A stretch of 64,000 nt of DNA from Parachlamydiales bacterium (lineage in GTDB: Bacteria; Chlamydiota; Chlamydiia; Chlamydiales; SM23-39): positions 66,027-130,026 of the forward strand of contig JBAZUK010000001.1 of assembly GCA_041661445.1 (NCBI GenBank), read 5' to 3'. The translations under genes were made by a program, and so were the position numbers. Shown in pieces: positions 26,662 to 36,836 of the stretch. How positions within the stretch are numbered: the stretch's first letter is position 1; every line of letters begins with the position of its first letter. A model generated the notes under the pieces. That model did no database searches, was not told the DNA's origin, and was given only the letters and a program-made list of their open reading frames with translations.

Positions 26662-27129
26662 TTAGTCATTATTTTTTATTTTTAAATTTGAAAAGGAATT
26701 TTGTCTTAGGGCTTCGTAAAGAACTATTGCGACCGAATTTGACAAATTAAGGCATCTTGCATTCTCTATCATTGGAATTGTAATAAAATTATCAGGATAT
26801 TTTTCATGGTATATTTCTGGTAAGCCCGATGTTTCAGAACCAAAAATTAATATGCTATTTATTTCGAATTTAACATCGGAATATAACTTTTTTGCTTTTG
26901 AAGATAAAAAATAAAAAGATTTTTTTCCTGAAAGATAACTTTCTAAATCATCTATTTGTTCTATTTTAGTTTTGTTAAAATAATCCAATCCTGCTCTTTT
27001 GAGATTTTTTTCATTAATTGAAAATCCAAGAGGTTTTACTAAAATTAAGTCGGTATTTGTAAGAGAACAAGTTCTTATGATATTACCAGTGTTTTGAGGG
27101 ATGTCCGGTTGAAACAAGATTATTTTCAT
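26662..27129 (-). CDS. trmL: tRNA (cytidine/uridine-2'-O-)-methyltransferase TrmL (SpoU/TrmH family)
   Basis: N-terminus MKIILFQPDIPQNTGNIIRTC matches E. coli TrmL EPEIPPNTGNIIRLC. Also contains LIFGSETSGLP and LNLSNSVAI. Confidence 0.88.
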   Translation of the reverse strand: MKIILFQPDIPQNTGNIIRTCSLTNTDLILVKPLGFSINEKNLKRAGLDYFNKTKIEQIDDLESYLSGKKSFYFLSSKAKKLYSDVKFEINSILIFGSETSGLPEIYHEKYPDNFITIPMIENARCLNLSNSVAIVLYEALRQNSFSNLKIKNND

Positions 27130-27130
27130 T

Positions 27131-27820
27131 TCAAAAAACTTTTTCTTTATTAGCTATTTCTTCAGTGGAAAGAGGTGTGTTTGTATCAACTTTAACTATT
27201 TCAATATCGAAAACAATTAAAGAATTTAAACAAGGGGGAATTTTCCCAAACCCAAGATCTGGATGTATATAAACCTGTCTTCTTTCATTTTTTTTCATGC
27301 CGATTATTGATCTCTTTAAAGCGGGAATTGTTTCGGTTAAATTAATGATTTCTTCAACATCTGTAAAAATTTTTCCATCCAAATATTTTCCAACAATTTT
27401 AATTGTAGGAGAATTATATGACTGGACAGATTCATCTTTTCCTTCGTTTAAGATTTTATATTGTAATTTTCCTTTTTCTATTTCTATTACATTTTTATCA
27501 TTTATATTTTTTGCAAGATATTCTTCAGCAATTTTTAAATTTTTCTGACATATTTTTTCATTAGCTATAACTTGAAGTTTCGCAAGAGCTTGAAGGCATT
27601 CGTCTTCAGTCATTGGAGAAGTTTTATTGTGAGAACCCTTTTTTATTCCTGTAATTATTCTCTTCAGGTCCAATTCAAAACCCAAATCTTCCAAATTTTT
27701 ACCAATAATATGTCCGATGGCTTCAGATAATTTTTTTGTGTCGACTTCTTTTGTTTCATCAGCATATATTGCGGAGAATGTAATTAATATTATGAAAAAG
27801 GCTATAGTTTTTCTTAACAT
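27131..27820 (-). CDS. mip: FKBP-type peptidyl-prolyl isomerase, Mip-like, secreted
   Basis: Signal peptide MLRKTIAFFIILITFSAIYA, a Mip-type N-terminal dimerisation helix region, and a C-terminal FKBP domain (YLDGKIFTD...GMKKNERRQVYIHPDLGFG). The position next to trmL/trxA is as in Chlamydia. Confidence 0.75.
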   Translation of the reverse strand: MLRKTIAFFIILITFSAIYADETKEVDTKKLSEAIGHIIGKNLEDLGFELDLKRIITGIKKGSHNKTSPMTEDECLQALAKLQVIANEKICQKNLKIAEEYLAKNINDKNVIEIEKGKLQYKILNEGKDESVQSYNSPTIKIVGKYLDGKIFTDVEEIINLTETIPALKRSIIGMKKNERRQVYIHPDLGFGKIPPCLNSLIVFDIEIVKVDTNTPLSTEEIANKEKVF

Positions 27821-27855
27821 AAATTTATGACCCTAAAAATAATTTTTTCCATGTG

Positions 27856-29157
27856 TTATTCTTTTAAATTTTTTAAATTATAATATTTATTTTTTATAAA
27901 TGTTTTTAATTCATCAAAATTTATCTCTTTTTGCTCTCTTGTGATTAAATCCTTTATCTGTGCTTTTTTCATTTTTAATTCATCATCTCCGATAATCAAG
28001 GCATTTTGGGCGTTGATTTCATTTGCGAATTGAAGGGATTTTTGTATTTTTTTTGAATTTAAATCTATTTCAGCTGAAATTTTATGGTTTCGAAGCTCTT
28101 TTGTTAAAACAATTGAAAAGTTTTTAGCTTCTTGAGTAATGGGGATTATCAATATAAAAGGACCAGTTTTTTGAGGAAAATAACATTGCTGGGCTATCAT
28201 TGTCTGAATGACTCTTTCCATTCCAATGGCGAACCCCACTCCTGGAAGATCCGGGCCATTTAAATTTTTTAATAATGAATTATATCGTCCACCGCCGCCT
28301 AAAGAATTTTGAGCGCCAACTTTTTCTGAAATGATTTCAAAAACAGTATCGTCATAATAGTCCAATCCTCTGACAAGTCTTGGATTTACTTCATATTTAA
28401 TGTTTAACTTTTCTAACAAGTTTCTTAAATTTTCGAAATGATTTCTTGCATCAGAAGTTAAGAAATCTAAAATGGACGGAGCTTCGCTTATTATTTCCTG
28501 ATCTATGGCTTCTTTTGAATCTAAAATCCTTAAGGGATTGTGTTCAAACCTTAATTTGCTATCTTGTGATAAGCTGTCGAATTTAGGATGTATAAAATCT
28601 TTTAGAGCTTTTTTATAATTTTCTCTAGATTCAAAATCTCCTATCGAGTTTAACACCAATTTTGTGTTTTTGATTTCCAATCTTTTAAATAATTCTAAAA
28701 GCATATCAATGATTTCCGCATCGATTTCGTAAGATTTTTGTCCGATAACCTCAATTCCGAACTGATGAAATTGTCTATATCTGCCAAGCTGCTGTCTATC
28801 ATATCTAAACATCGGTCCCATATAATAAAATTTTGAAGTCTTTCTATTTTCCGATAAGTTGTTTTCGATGAATGTTCGCATTAGCGAGGCAGTTCCTTCT
28901 GGACGAAGGGTCATTGATCTATTGGCCTTATCTAAAAAAGTATATAGTTCTTTGGAAACTATATCCGAAGAAGATCCAACTCCTCTAACGAAAAGCTCGG
29001 TTTTTTCAAAAATCGGTGTTCTTATTTCTTCATAATTATAATTTTTGCACAGATCTCTAATAACAGATTCAAGATATTGCCATTTATCACTTGTTTTCCA
29101 ATCTTCTTTTGAAATTGGCAATATATCAAACAATCCTTTAGGAATTTGATATTGCAT
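27856..29157 (-). CDS. hisS: histidyl-tRNA synthetase
   Basis: Class II motifs are present: LRPEGTAS, FRYDRQQLGRYRQFHQ, GGGGRY, GFAIGMERV. Confidence 0.92.
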   Translation of the reverse strand: MQYQIPKGLFDILPISKEDWKTSDKWQYLESVIRDLCKNYNYEEIRTPIFEKTELFVRGVGSSSDIVSKELYTFLDKANRSMTLRPEGTASLMRTFIENNLSENRKTSKFYYMGPMFRYDRQQLGRYRQFHQFGIEVIGQKSYEIDAEIIDMLLELFKRLEIKNTKLVLNSIGDFESRENYKKALKDFIHPKFDSLSQDSKLRFEHNPLRILDSKEAIDQEIISEAPSILDFLTSDARNHFENLRNLLEKLNIKYEVNPRLVRGLDYYDDTVFEIISEKVGAQNSLGGGGRYNSLLKNLNGPDLPGVGFAIGMERVIQTMIAQQCYFPQKTGPFILIIPITQEAKNFSIVLTKELRNHKISAEIDLNSKKIQKSLQFANEINAQNALIIGDDELKMKKAQIKDLITREQKEINFDELKTFIKNKYYNLKNLKE

Positions 29158-29278
29158 GAAATATCCTTAAAATTATTTTAATATGCATTATAAAAGGCTT
29201 ATATAAAAAATGCAAAGTTAATAAATTCAATAGAAAACATAATAAAGAAAAAATCAGATTATAACAATTTGTTTAAAA

Positions 29279-29866
29279 TTAGACGTTAGCAAGAATGTCT
29301 TCCAGAAGTTCAATCCATTTTTTTAAATGAGAACTTTGTGCATTTTTTTTATCTTCCACGTAAAGATTTTTCAGCATTTCAATGTAAGGAAAAGGAACCC
29401 ATTTTGAACCGGCCAATTCTGAAATATAATATCCTAAAGTAAATCCCGAGTCCTGAGGGTATGAATAAATGTTCTGAATTAAGTCTTTGAGTAAATTGTT
29501 TATCTTTTCATCAGAAATACTATATTGTTTGTAGTCATTAAAAAATTTTATCCAAGTGAAAGCAAAAAAATTTAGGAATTGGGGATCTTGAGATAAATCC
29601 TTTTCTTTTAAGGACTCTAAAGCAGACTTGATGTTTAAAAGCTCTTGATAAATTGGTGTTTTATTAAGCGGAGTATGCTTCTTTTTTTTATTAACAAAGC
29701 TTAATGTGCTGGATAATAAATTTAAAAAAGAAAGATATAAAAATAATTTTTTGTCTACTGGTTGAGGTTTAAAAAATTTATCTTTTTTTTCTTCTTCAGC
29801 AATTTCTTCGATTTTTTCTACTTTCAAATGACTGAAAGGATCAATTGGTCCTGTAGAATCTACCAT
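29279..29866 (-). CDS. hypothetical protein (lineage-restricted, no recognisable domain)
   Basis: 195-aa ORF with a charged N-terminus (EKIEEIAEEEKKDK), one moderately hydrophobic stretch (LFLYLSFLNLLSSTLSFV) and a helical C-terminal part. I recognise no motif. Confidence 0.4.
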   Translation of the reverse strand: MVDSTGPIDPFSHLKVEKIEEIAEEEKKDKFFKPQPVDKKLFLYLSFLNLLSSTLSFVNKKKKHTPLNKTPIYQELLNIKSALESLKEKDLSQDPQFLNFFAFTWIKFFNDYKQYSISDEKINNLLKDLIQNIYSYPQDSGFTLGYYISELAGSKWVPFPYIEMLKNLYVEDKKNAQSSHLKKWIELLEDILANV

Positions 29867-30039
29867 ACAAATAAATTTTGTTTTAAAATTAATATAAATT
29901 TCTTATATCTAAAATTACAAATGAAGACAAAAGAAATTTATAGAAGCTTTTTAAAAAATACGAAAATTTGGTATAACTTATGGCGGGCTTTAGCTAAATA
30001 AGATAATATAACAAATTAATAATAAAGAGGAGTTTTTTA

Positions 30040-31371
30040 GTGAGCGTGTTGGATATATTAAAACCTTCTCCACACATTAAGGAAATAACTGATCCTAAGA
30101 TAGTTAAAAAGAAATATACATATTGGAGGATTAGAACTTTCTATAGTATGTATATCGGTTATGCCTTATACTATTTTACACGTAAAAGCTTCACTTTTGC
30201 AATGCCTGCACTGATTAACGAACTTGGTTTTAGCAAATCCGAGCTTGGAATGCTGGGAAGTATTCTTGCCCTCACATATGGCGCCAGTAAATTTTTTAGC
30301 GGAATAGTGTCGGATAGATCAAATCCAAGATACTTCATGTCGATCGGACTTATATTAACTGGAATTTTTAATATATTTTTTGGTTTTTCTTCTACTCTAC
30401 TAATGTTTTCAGTTTTTTGGGGATTAAACGGATGGTTTCAAGGATGGGGGTGGCCGCCGTGCACTAAGCTTTTAACTCACTGGTATTCGCAATCTGAAAG
30501 AGGTTCCTGGTGGAGTCTATTGAACACTTCGCACAATGTTGGAGGAGCTCTTATTCCTCTATTCATAGCATTTTTAATACAATCCTTTGGTTGGCGCTAT
30601 GCGATGTTTGGTCCTGGGATTATTTGCATATTAATGGGATTTTTTTTAATGAACCGACTAAGAGATGTCCCAAGATCGTTAGGGCTTCCCGCAATTGAAG
30701 ATTATAAAAAAGATTTTCCAGATAGGCATCATGAGAAACCAAGATATGAATTATCTACCAAAGAAATATTATTTAAATACGTTTTAAAAAATAAATATAT
30801 CTGGATATTGGCTCTAACTTATTTTTTTATATATGTAATAAGACAGGCTGTAAACGACTGGACGCTTGTTTTTTTAGTAGAATCTAAAGGATACTCGTAT
30901 CTTGCTGCCGGAACTTGTATATTTTGGTTTGAAGCTGGGGGGTTTATTGGAAGTTTAATAGCCGGTTTTGGCTCTGACATTATATTCAAAGGACGTAGAG
31001 GCCCTATGAATATTATTTTTACATTGGGAGTAATTGCTACTATTTATCTCATGTGGAAAACGCCGGGAGGCAATCTCATATTAGATTCAGTATTTATATT
31101 TTTTATTGGCTTTTTTATTTTTGGCCCTCAAATGCTGATAGGGATTGTTGCCACTGAGCTTTCTCATAAAGATGCCGCAGGAACAGCAAATGGATTTGTC
31201 GGATGGTTTGCTTATATTGGCGGCGCTATTGCCGGCGGTCCTCTTGGTTTTATGATAAATAAATATGGATGGGAAGGATATTTTATTATCCTTGTTGGAT
31301 GTTCTATCATAGCACTTTTAGGATTATTGCCTCTTTGGAAAATTAAAGCTAATCCAGAGTTTAATTCTTAG
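30040..31371 (+). CDS. uhpC: hexose-phosphate transporter UhpC (MFS, organophosphate:Pi antiporter family)
   Basis: AGAGGAG SD with a GTG start. Opening KKKYTYWRIRTFYSMYIGYALYYFTRKSF and segment DRSNPRYFMSIGL are typical of UhpC/UhpT/GlpT. The protein has 12 hydrophobic segments. Confidence 0.88.
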   Translation: MSVLDILKPSPHIKEITDPKIVKKKYTYWRIRTFYSMYIGYALYYFTRKSFTFAMPALINELGFSKSELGMLGSILALTYGASKFFSGIVSDRSNPRYFMSIGLILTGIFNIFFGFSSTLLMFSVFWGLNGWFQGWGWPPCTKLLTHWYSQSERGSWWSLLNTSHNVGGALIPLFIAFLIQSFGWRYAMFGPGIICILMGFFLMNRLRDVPRSLGLPAIEDYKKDFPDRHHEKPRYELSTKEILFKYVLKNKYIWILALTYFFIYVIRQAVNDWTLVFLVESKGYSYLAAGTCIFWFEAGGFIGSLIAGFGSDIIFKGRRGPMNIIFTLGVIATIYLMWKTPGGNLILDSVFIFFIGFFIFGPQMLIGIVATELSHKDAAGTANGFVGWFAYIGGAIAGGPLGFMINKYGWEGYFIILVGCSIIALLGLLPLWKIKANPEFNS

Positions 31372-31487
31372 ATAAAAACTTAGATTTCTAGTTCGAATTT
31401 ATTTATTTTTTTAATGAATTTGATTTTCGTTTACTAAAAAATTATTTTCAAAGATAAAAAACAATTATAAGGATTTTCAATTTCATC

Positions 31488-31516
31488 TTGCAAGAGATTG
31501 ATCTTGCATTTATGAT
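31488..31516 (+). promoter_or_regulatory. candidate sigma-70/66-type promoter for dnaE (TTGCAA-17 bp-TATGAT)
   Basis: -35 TTGCAA at 31488..31493, exact 17-nt spacer, -10 TATGAT at 31511..31516. It lies 43 nt upstream of the dnaE ATG and overlaps the palindrome TCTTGCAAGA and an ATCTTGCA direct repeat. Confidence 0.4.
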
Positions 31517-31558
31517 ATCAATTATGCTTGTAAATAAAAAAAATAATAAAAGAAAAAA

Positions 31559-34500
31559 ATGACCTGGATTTCACTTCACAATCATTCTAGTTATTCCATA
31601 TTAGACTCAACATTATCAGTGAAAAAAATTGCGCAGCTTGCCAAAGACAACAATATGCCGGCAGTTGCATTAACTGATAGTGGAAATATGTATGGAGTTA
31701 TAGAATTTTATAAAGCCTGTACTTCTTTGAATATTAAACCGATTATCGGCTGCGAATTAATGCTTTCCCATTCTTCCCGTTTTGAAAAAAAGAAAAAAGG
31801 CAGTTTTCCTTTAGCATATCCATTGATACTGATAATCAAAAATCAAATAGGATATAAAAATTTATGTAAACTGTCATCTTATGCGTTTTTAGAAGGATTT
31901 TATTATTATCCGAGAATTGATAAAGAACTTCTGGAAAAATTTCATGAAGGGCTGATCTGTTTATCCGGACCAATGCATTCTCTTTTAGGATATAAAATCT
32001 TAAATTCTACTCAGGAAGAGGCAGAAGAGGAAATTAAATGGTTCTTGGAGCTGTTTAAAGAAGATTATTATTTTGAGATAGATCAGCATCCAATGCAGGA
32101 AGAAGATATTGAACATGATGGGATGAAAAAAGAAACATGGCTTTATGAACAGCATAAAGAACACTGTAAAAAACAAAAGATACTTAAAACATCATTATTA
32201 AATTATTCCAAAAAATATAATGTTAAATGTGTGGCTACAAATGATGTCCACTATGAATCAAAAGATGATTGGAGAGCGCACGAAATTTTATTGAATATCG
32301 GATCAGGAGAGAGCTGCGAAATCTGGGAAAGAGACTCGAATGGAATACCTAGATATAAAATAGCAAACCCAAAAAGAAAAACATATCCTAGTCATGAATA
32401 TTATTTTAAAACTCAGCAGCAAATGGAGAATCTATTTTCGGATTCTTTAGAAATTTTAGAAAATACCAATGAGATTGCCGAAAAATGTAAGTTTGAATTT
32501 GATTTTAGCACAAAGCATTATCCGGTTTTTGTTTTAGATAATGAAAATGATGAAAACAGAGAAAAAAAAGTAGGCGATTATCTATATCAGCTTTGTGAAA
32601 ATGCAATAGACAAGAGATATTCCAAGGAAAAATTAGAGGTTGTAAAGACGCAATATCCCAATCAAGATCCTTTAGATGTCATAAAAAAGAGATTGGATTA
32701 TGAATTTGAATTAATATATTCAAAAGGAATGTGTGATTATTTTTTAATCGTATATGATTTTATTTCTTGGGCTAAAAGCAAAAATATTCCTGTTGGTCCG
32801 GGCAGGGGATCTGCTGCCGGATCCATAATTTCTTATCTAATTGGGATTACTGATATCGAACCACTAAGATTCAATCTTTTCTTTGAAAGATTTATCAATC
32901 CGCAAAGAATTGCATACCCGGATATAGATGTCGATATCTGCATGGATAGAAGAAATGAAGTAATTGAATATACTGTTCAAAAGTATGGGAAAGATAAGGT
33001 TTCCCAGATTATTACTTTTGGAACGATGAAAGCAAAAATGGCGATTAAAGATGTTGGAAGAGTTCTGTCTGTTGCTCTTTCGAAAGTGAACAATATTGCT
33101 AAACTTGTTCCGGAAGATCCTAATATGACTTTGGAAAAAGCTATTGAATTAGACCCTGAGCTAAAACAGATGTATGCAAGCGACGAAGAGGCTAAGCGTG
33201 TAATCGATATCGCCAAAAGCATCGAAGGATCCATAAGAAATACTTCTACGCATGCTGCCGGAATAATTATTTCTGCAAATTCATTAACTGAGCATATCCC
33301 CGTTTGCATAGCTAAAGATTCTGATATGGTTGTGACTCAATTTTCGATGAAGCCGGTAGAATCAATAGGTCTTTTAAAAATTGACTTTTTGGGTCTTAAA
33401 ACCCTGACGTCTATTCAGAAAGCTAAAGAGTTTGTCAAAAAAAATACTAACATAGAAATTGATTGGATAAATCTTCCATTAAATGATAAGCCGACCTTTG
33501 ATCTTTTGAATCAAGGGAAAACTTTGGGGATATTTCAATTAGAGTCCACAGGTATTCAGGAACTGGCAAAGCAATTGCATATAGATGTTTTTGAAGAAAT
33601 TATTGCTGTTGAGGCATTGTACCGACCGGGACCGATGGACATGATTCCATCGTTTATTGCAAGAAAACATGGAAGAGAGAAAATTGAAATAGATCACCCT
33701 TTGATGAAAGATATTTTAAAGGAAACCTATGGAGTGATGGTATATCAGGAACAGGTGATGCTGATAGCTTCGAAACTGGCAGGATATACACTTGGAGAAG
33801 GTGATGTTTTAAGAAGGGCTATGGGTAAAAAAGACCATCTGGAAATGAAAAAGCAAAGAGAAAAATTTATCAATGGAGCTAAAGTTAATGATGTAGATGA
33901 AAGAACTGCAGGAATAATTTTTGATAAAATTGAAAAATTTGCATCTTACGGTTTTAACAAATCGCATGCTGCTGCTTACGCTTTTATTTCTTATGTTACG
34001 GCTTATTTCAAGGCTAATTATACAAAAGAATGGATGGCGGCCTTAATGACATGTGAAAGATATGATCTTTCAAAAGTTGCCAAATACATAAGAGAAAGCA
34101 AAGTATTAAATATTAAAATCCTTCCTCCTGACATTAATGAGGCAGAGGATGAATTTGTTGCAACAAAAAATGGTATAAGATTTGCTATGTCGGCAATCAA
34201 AGGTATTGGCTCGAGCGTTGTTGAGGCGATTGTTAATGAAAGAAAGCAGAAAGGTTTTTATAAAAGTCTGGATGATTTTATTAAAAGAGTCGATAAATCC
34301 AAGGTAGGTAAAAAAAATATTGAATTGTTAATTGATGCCGGAGCCTTTGATTTTTCCAATTGGAGCCGCGATGAAATGAAATTGGTTGTCGAAAAGATGT
34401 ACGAACGGGCTGCCAGAGAAGAGAATGATGCTGCTAAAGGAGTAATGAATTTTCTTTCTTTGATAAGCAATCAGGACGAAAGCACTATAATACCTCCGAA

Positions 34501-35269
34501 AGTAACAAAACAATCAACTGAAATTGAAAAATTGCATAAGGAAAAAGAGCTTTTGGGTTTTTATTTAACAGGGCATCCTATGGATAAATATCAGGATATC
34601 CTGAAAAGATTAAGCTGTGTGCCTTTAAGGGATCTAGATAAGATCGAAAATATTAATGTGGTGAGATCAGCTTTTATAATAGATGAAGTCAAATTTAAAG
34701 TATCTAAATCCCAAAAAAAATTTGCAATTCTGACAATTTCCGATGGAATCGAAAGATTTGAATTACCGATATGGTCTGATTTGTACTCAAAAAAAGCAGC
34801 TCTTTTGATAGAAAACCAATTAGCTTATGCAATTTTACAAATAGAAAAAAGCGATGATAATATTAAACTAAGCTGTAAATGGTTAGAAGATTTAACAAAA
34901 GCGGATGATAAAATGATAAAAGAATGTGATGATTTTTTTGATAAACAAAAAGAAATTTCCAATTTTGAAAGTAAAAAGAAAAAAAATTTTGTTCCTAATA
35001 AAAAAAATGAAAATCCAGCTTTAAAAAATTTAATTTCTAACATTAGGATTAAAATAAATTCTGATAAGATCCGTTTTTCCCATATTTTAAAATTAAAAGA
35101 AATTATTAGAGAACATCCCGGAGATGCAAAATTAGAACTGGCTTTCTTTTCAAAGGATAAGCAAATAGCCCTTATGGAACTGGAAAGTTCTTTGAAGCTG
35201 GACTACAAAGAAGACGTTAAAAATAAAATTTTACAAATTGATGGAATCGAAGCTGTAATGTCTAGTTGA
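31559..35269 (+). CDS. dnaE: DNA polymerase III alpha subunit
   Basis: 1236 aa. N-terminal PHP domain (SLHNHSSYSILDS), palm/fingers region (GPGRGSAAGS, PDIDVDIC, LLKIDFLGLKTLT, YQEQVM), and OB-fold C-terminus. Confidence 0.95.
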   Translation: MTWISLHNHSSYSILDSTLSVKKIAQLAKDNNMPAVALTDSGNMYGVIEFYKACTSLNIKPIIGCELMLSHSSRFEKKKKGSFPLAYPLILIIKNQIGYKNLCKLSSYAFLEGFYYYPRIDKELLEKFHEGLICLSGPMHSLLGYKILNSTQEEAEEEIKWFLELFKEDYYFEIDQHPMQEEDIEHDGMKKETWLYEQHKEHCKKQKILKTSLLNYSKKYNVKCVATNDVHYESKDDWRAHEILLNIGSGESCEIWERDSNGIPRYKIANPKRKTYPSHEYYFKTQQQMENLFSDSLEILENTNEIAEKCKFEFDFSTKHYPVFVLDNENDENREKKVGDYLYQLCENAIDKRYSKEKLEVVKTQYPNQDPLDVIKKRLDYEFELIYSKGMCDYFLIVYDFISWAKSKNIPVGPGRGSAAGSIISYLIGITDIEPLRFNLFFERFINPQRIAYPDIDVDICMDRRNEVIEYTVQKYGKDKVSQIITFGTMKAKMAIKDVGRVLSVALSKVNNIAKLVPEDPNMTLEKAIELDPELKQMYASDEEAKRVIDIAKSIEGSIRNTSTHAAGIIISANSLTEHIPVCIAKDSDMVVTQFSMKPVESIGLLKIDFLGLKTLTSIQKAKEFVKKNTNIEIDWINLPLNDKPTFDLLNQGKTLGIFQLESTGIQELAKQLHIDVFEEIIAVEALYRPGPMDMIPSFIARKHGREKIEIDHPLMKDILKETYGVMVYQEQVMLIASKLAGYTLGEGDVLRRAMGKKDHLEMKKQREKFINGAKVNDVDERTAGIIFDKIEKFASYGFNKSHAAAYAFISYVTAYFKANYTKEWMAALMTCERYDLSKVAKYIRESKVLNIKILPPDINEAEDEFVATKNGIRFAMSAIKGIGSSVVEAIVNERKQKGFYKSLDDFIKRVDKSKVGKKNIELLIDAGAFDFSNWSRDEMKLVVEKMYERAAREENDAAKGVMNFLSLISNQDESTIIPPKVTKQSTEIEKLHKEKELLGFYLTGHPMDKYQDILKRLSCVPLRDLDKIENINVVRSAFIIDEVKFKVSKSQKKFAILTISDGIERFELPIWSDLYSKKAALLIENQLAYAILQIEKSDDNIKLSCKWLEDLTKADDKMIKECDDFFDKQKEISNFESKKKKNFVPNKKNENPALKNLISNIRIKINSDKIRFSHILKLKEIIREHPGDAKLELAFFSKDKQIALMELESSLKLDYKEDVKNKILQIDGIEAVMSS

Positions 35270-35317
35270 CATTTATTGGTTTTTAATTTTTAATTTTCTA
35301 TAAATATAGGAATTTTC

Positions 35318-36256
35318 ATGAAGTTTTTTAAATATATTTTATTATTGTTTTTTTTATCTAACAGTTCTTTTTTATTGGCGAATGATAGTTCAAAAAAACA
35401 AAAAGACAGTAAATTAAATAATAATATTTCAGTACAGGACTATTATTCTTATGCGAATTATGCTTTTGAAAAGCAGCAATGGTCTGATGTAGTAGATTAC
35501 TGTAGAGTAATAATTCAAAAATATCCTCAAAGTATTTTTACTAAAGATGCTCTTTTTTATTTGGGCGTATCTTACTTTAATTTAAAGGAATATGAATTAT
35601 CGAACAGATATTTTACAAGGTATTTAAAAGACGATTTCAATCCTAAATATTTTGAAGAGTCTATGCATTATAAGTTTTCTATAGCAGAAAAATTTAAGGA
35701 AGGTTCCAAAAAAAGACTTTTTGGCAAAGGACCTAAGCTTATTGTTGCTGATGATGATGCATTAGCTATATATGATGAGATTATTTCATCAATGCCTTTG
35801 CATGAACTTGCTATAAAATCATTATTTTCTAAGGGCCAAATTCTTCTTGAGACAGAGGAATATAAGGATAGCGTTTTGACATTTGAACAGATTGTTTCTA
35901 AATTCCCAAAACATGAACTTGCAATTGAAAGTTTTATTCAGATCGGCAAGGTATATTTAAAACAGACTAATTACAAAAAACAGGATTTGGACAATTTGGA
36001 ATTAGCTGAATTAAATTTAAAAAATCTTAAAGATGCCCAACCTCAGGAAACGGAAAAGATTAAAGAATTGGAAACTATTCTCTTGCAGATGAAAGAAATA
36101 TTTGCAAACGGCTTTTTGGAAATAGCTGATTTTTATAAAAGGACGAATAAAAAAGAGGCAGCAATAATTTATTATTCAAAAATATTAAATGCCTTTCCAC
36201 AAACTCAAGTAGCTGTGCTTGCAAAAGAAAAAATCGATCAATTAAATGCGAAATAG
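35318..36256 (+). CDS. secreted TPR-repeat protein, BamD/YfiO-like (putative outer-membrane assembly factor)
   Basis: Signal peptide, then repeated TPR-like helical hairpins (YSYANYAFEKQQWSDVVDYC..., ALFYLGVSYFNLKEYELS..., SFIQIGKVYLKQ...). Its position corresponds to CT546 as recalled. Confidence 0.45.
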   Translation: MKFFKYILLLFFLSNSSFLLANDSSKKQKDSKLNNNISVQDYYSYANYAFEKQQWSDVVDYCRVIIQKYPQSIFTKDALFYLGVSYFNLKEYELSNRYFTRYLKDDFNPKYFEESMHYKFSIAEKFKEGSKKRLFGKGPKLIVADDDALAIYDEIISSMPLHELAIKSLFSKGQILLETEEYKDSVLTFEQIVSKFPKHELAIESFIQIGKVYLKQTNYKKQDLDNLELAELNLKNLKDAQPQETEKIKELETILLQMKEIFANGFLEIADFYKRTNKKEAAIIYYSKILNAFPQTQVAVLAKEKIDQLNAK

Positions 36257-36827
36257 TCTTCTATTTTTCTTTTTTCTTTTTTCTTCTTGCGGATATCATC
36301 TGGGAAGAAATGATAATTCAGAAATAAAGTCTGTAGAAGTTCCTTATGTTGAAGAAGATATGTATGGTCTCCTTACTAATGAATTAATAAAAAACATTGC
36401 TAATTCTTCAGCTATGCATTATCAATCCACTAATGCAAATTATGAACTAAAAGTGAAAGTCTTAAACAGTGCAACTAATAAAATCGGTTACAAATATGAT
36501 ACGAACAATGAAGGTCAAAGAACTAAGAATATTAGACCTACAGAAGGCAGATGCAGTTTAACTGCTGAAGTTCAATTGATTAACATTAAGACACGTGAGA
36601 TAAAATTTGGACCATTTACAGTTACATCTGATAGCGACTTCGATTATGTGGACCAAGATTCACTCAGTGATCTGTCGTTTATTGATCCATCGGGGAACAG
36701 AATAACTGTATTATCTTTTTCATTAGGACAATTAGAGTCGATCGATAGCGCCAAGGAAGCCGCATTAAAACCTTTATTTGAGCAGCTTGCAAAAAAAATT
36801 GTGGATGCAATTTCTACGTATTGGTAA
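36246..36827 (+). CDS. LptE-like lipoprotein (LPS-assembly lipoprotein candidate)
   Basis: Signal peptide ends in FSSCGYHLGRN. The C-G-(W/Y/F)-H-L-R/G start of the mature protein is characteristic of LptE/RlpB (E. coli GCGWHLR). Overlaps the upstream TPR gene by 11 nt. Confidence 0.5.
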   Translation: MRNSLLFFFFLFSSCGYHLGRNDNSEIKSVEVPYVEEDMYGLLTNELIKNIANSSAMHYQSTNANYELKVKVLNSATNKIGYKYDTNNEGQRTKNIRPTEGRCSLTAEVQLINIKTREIKFGPFTVTSDSDFDYVDQDSLSDLSFIDPSGNRITVLSFSLGQLESIDSAKEAALKPLFEQLAKKIVDAISTYW

Positions 36828-36836
36828 ATAAAGGGT

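Noticed and set aside
27820-27856. Absence of aspS between mip and hisS as evidence of a deletion scar
   Set aside because: The mip-hisS gap is only 35 nt and shows no remnant reading frame. The difference rests on my recollection of C. trachomatis order and may simply reflect a different ancestral arrangement.
29925-30003. 26-codon ORF (MKTKEIYRSFLKNTKIWYNLWRALAK) upstream of uhpC as a possible leader peptide
   Set aside because: There is no SD and no attenuator-like structure between it and uhpC. It is the tail of an antisense shadow ORF (29762..30001).
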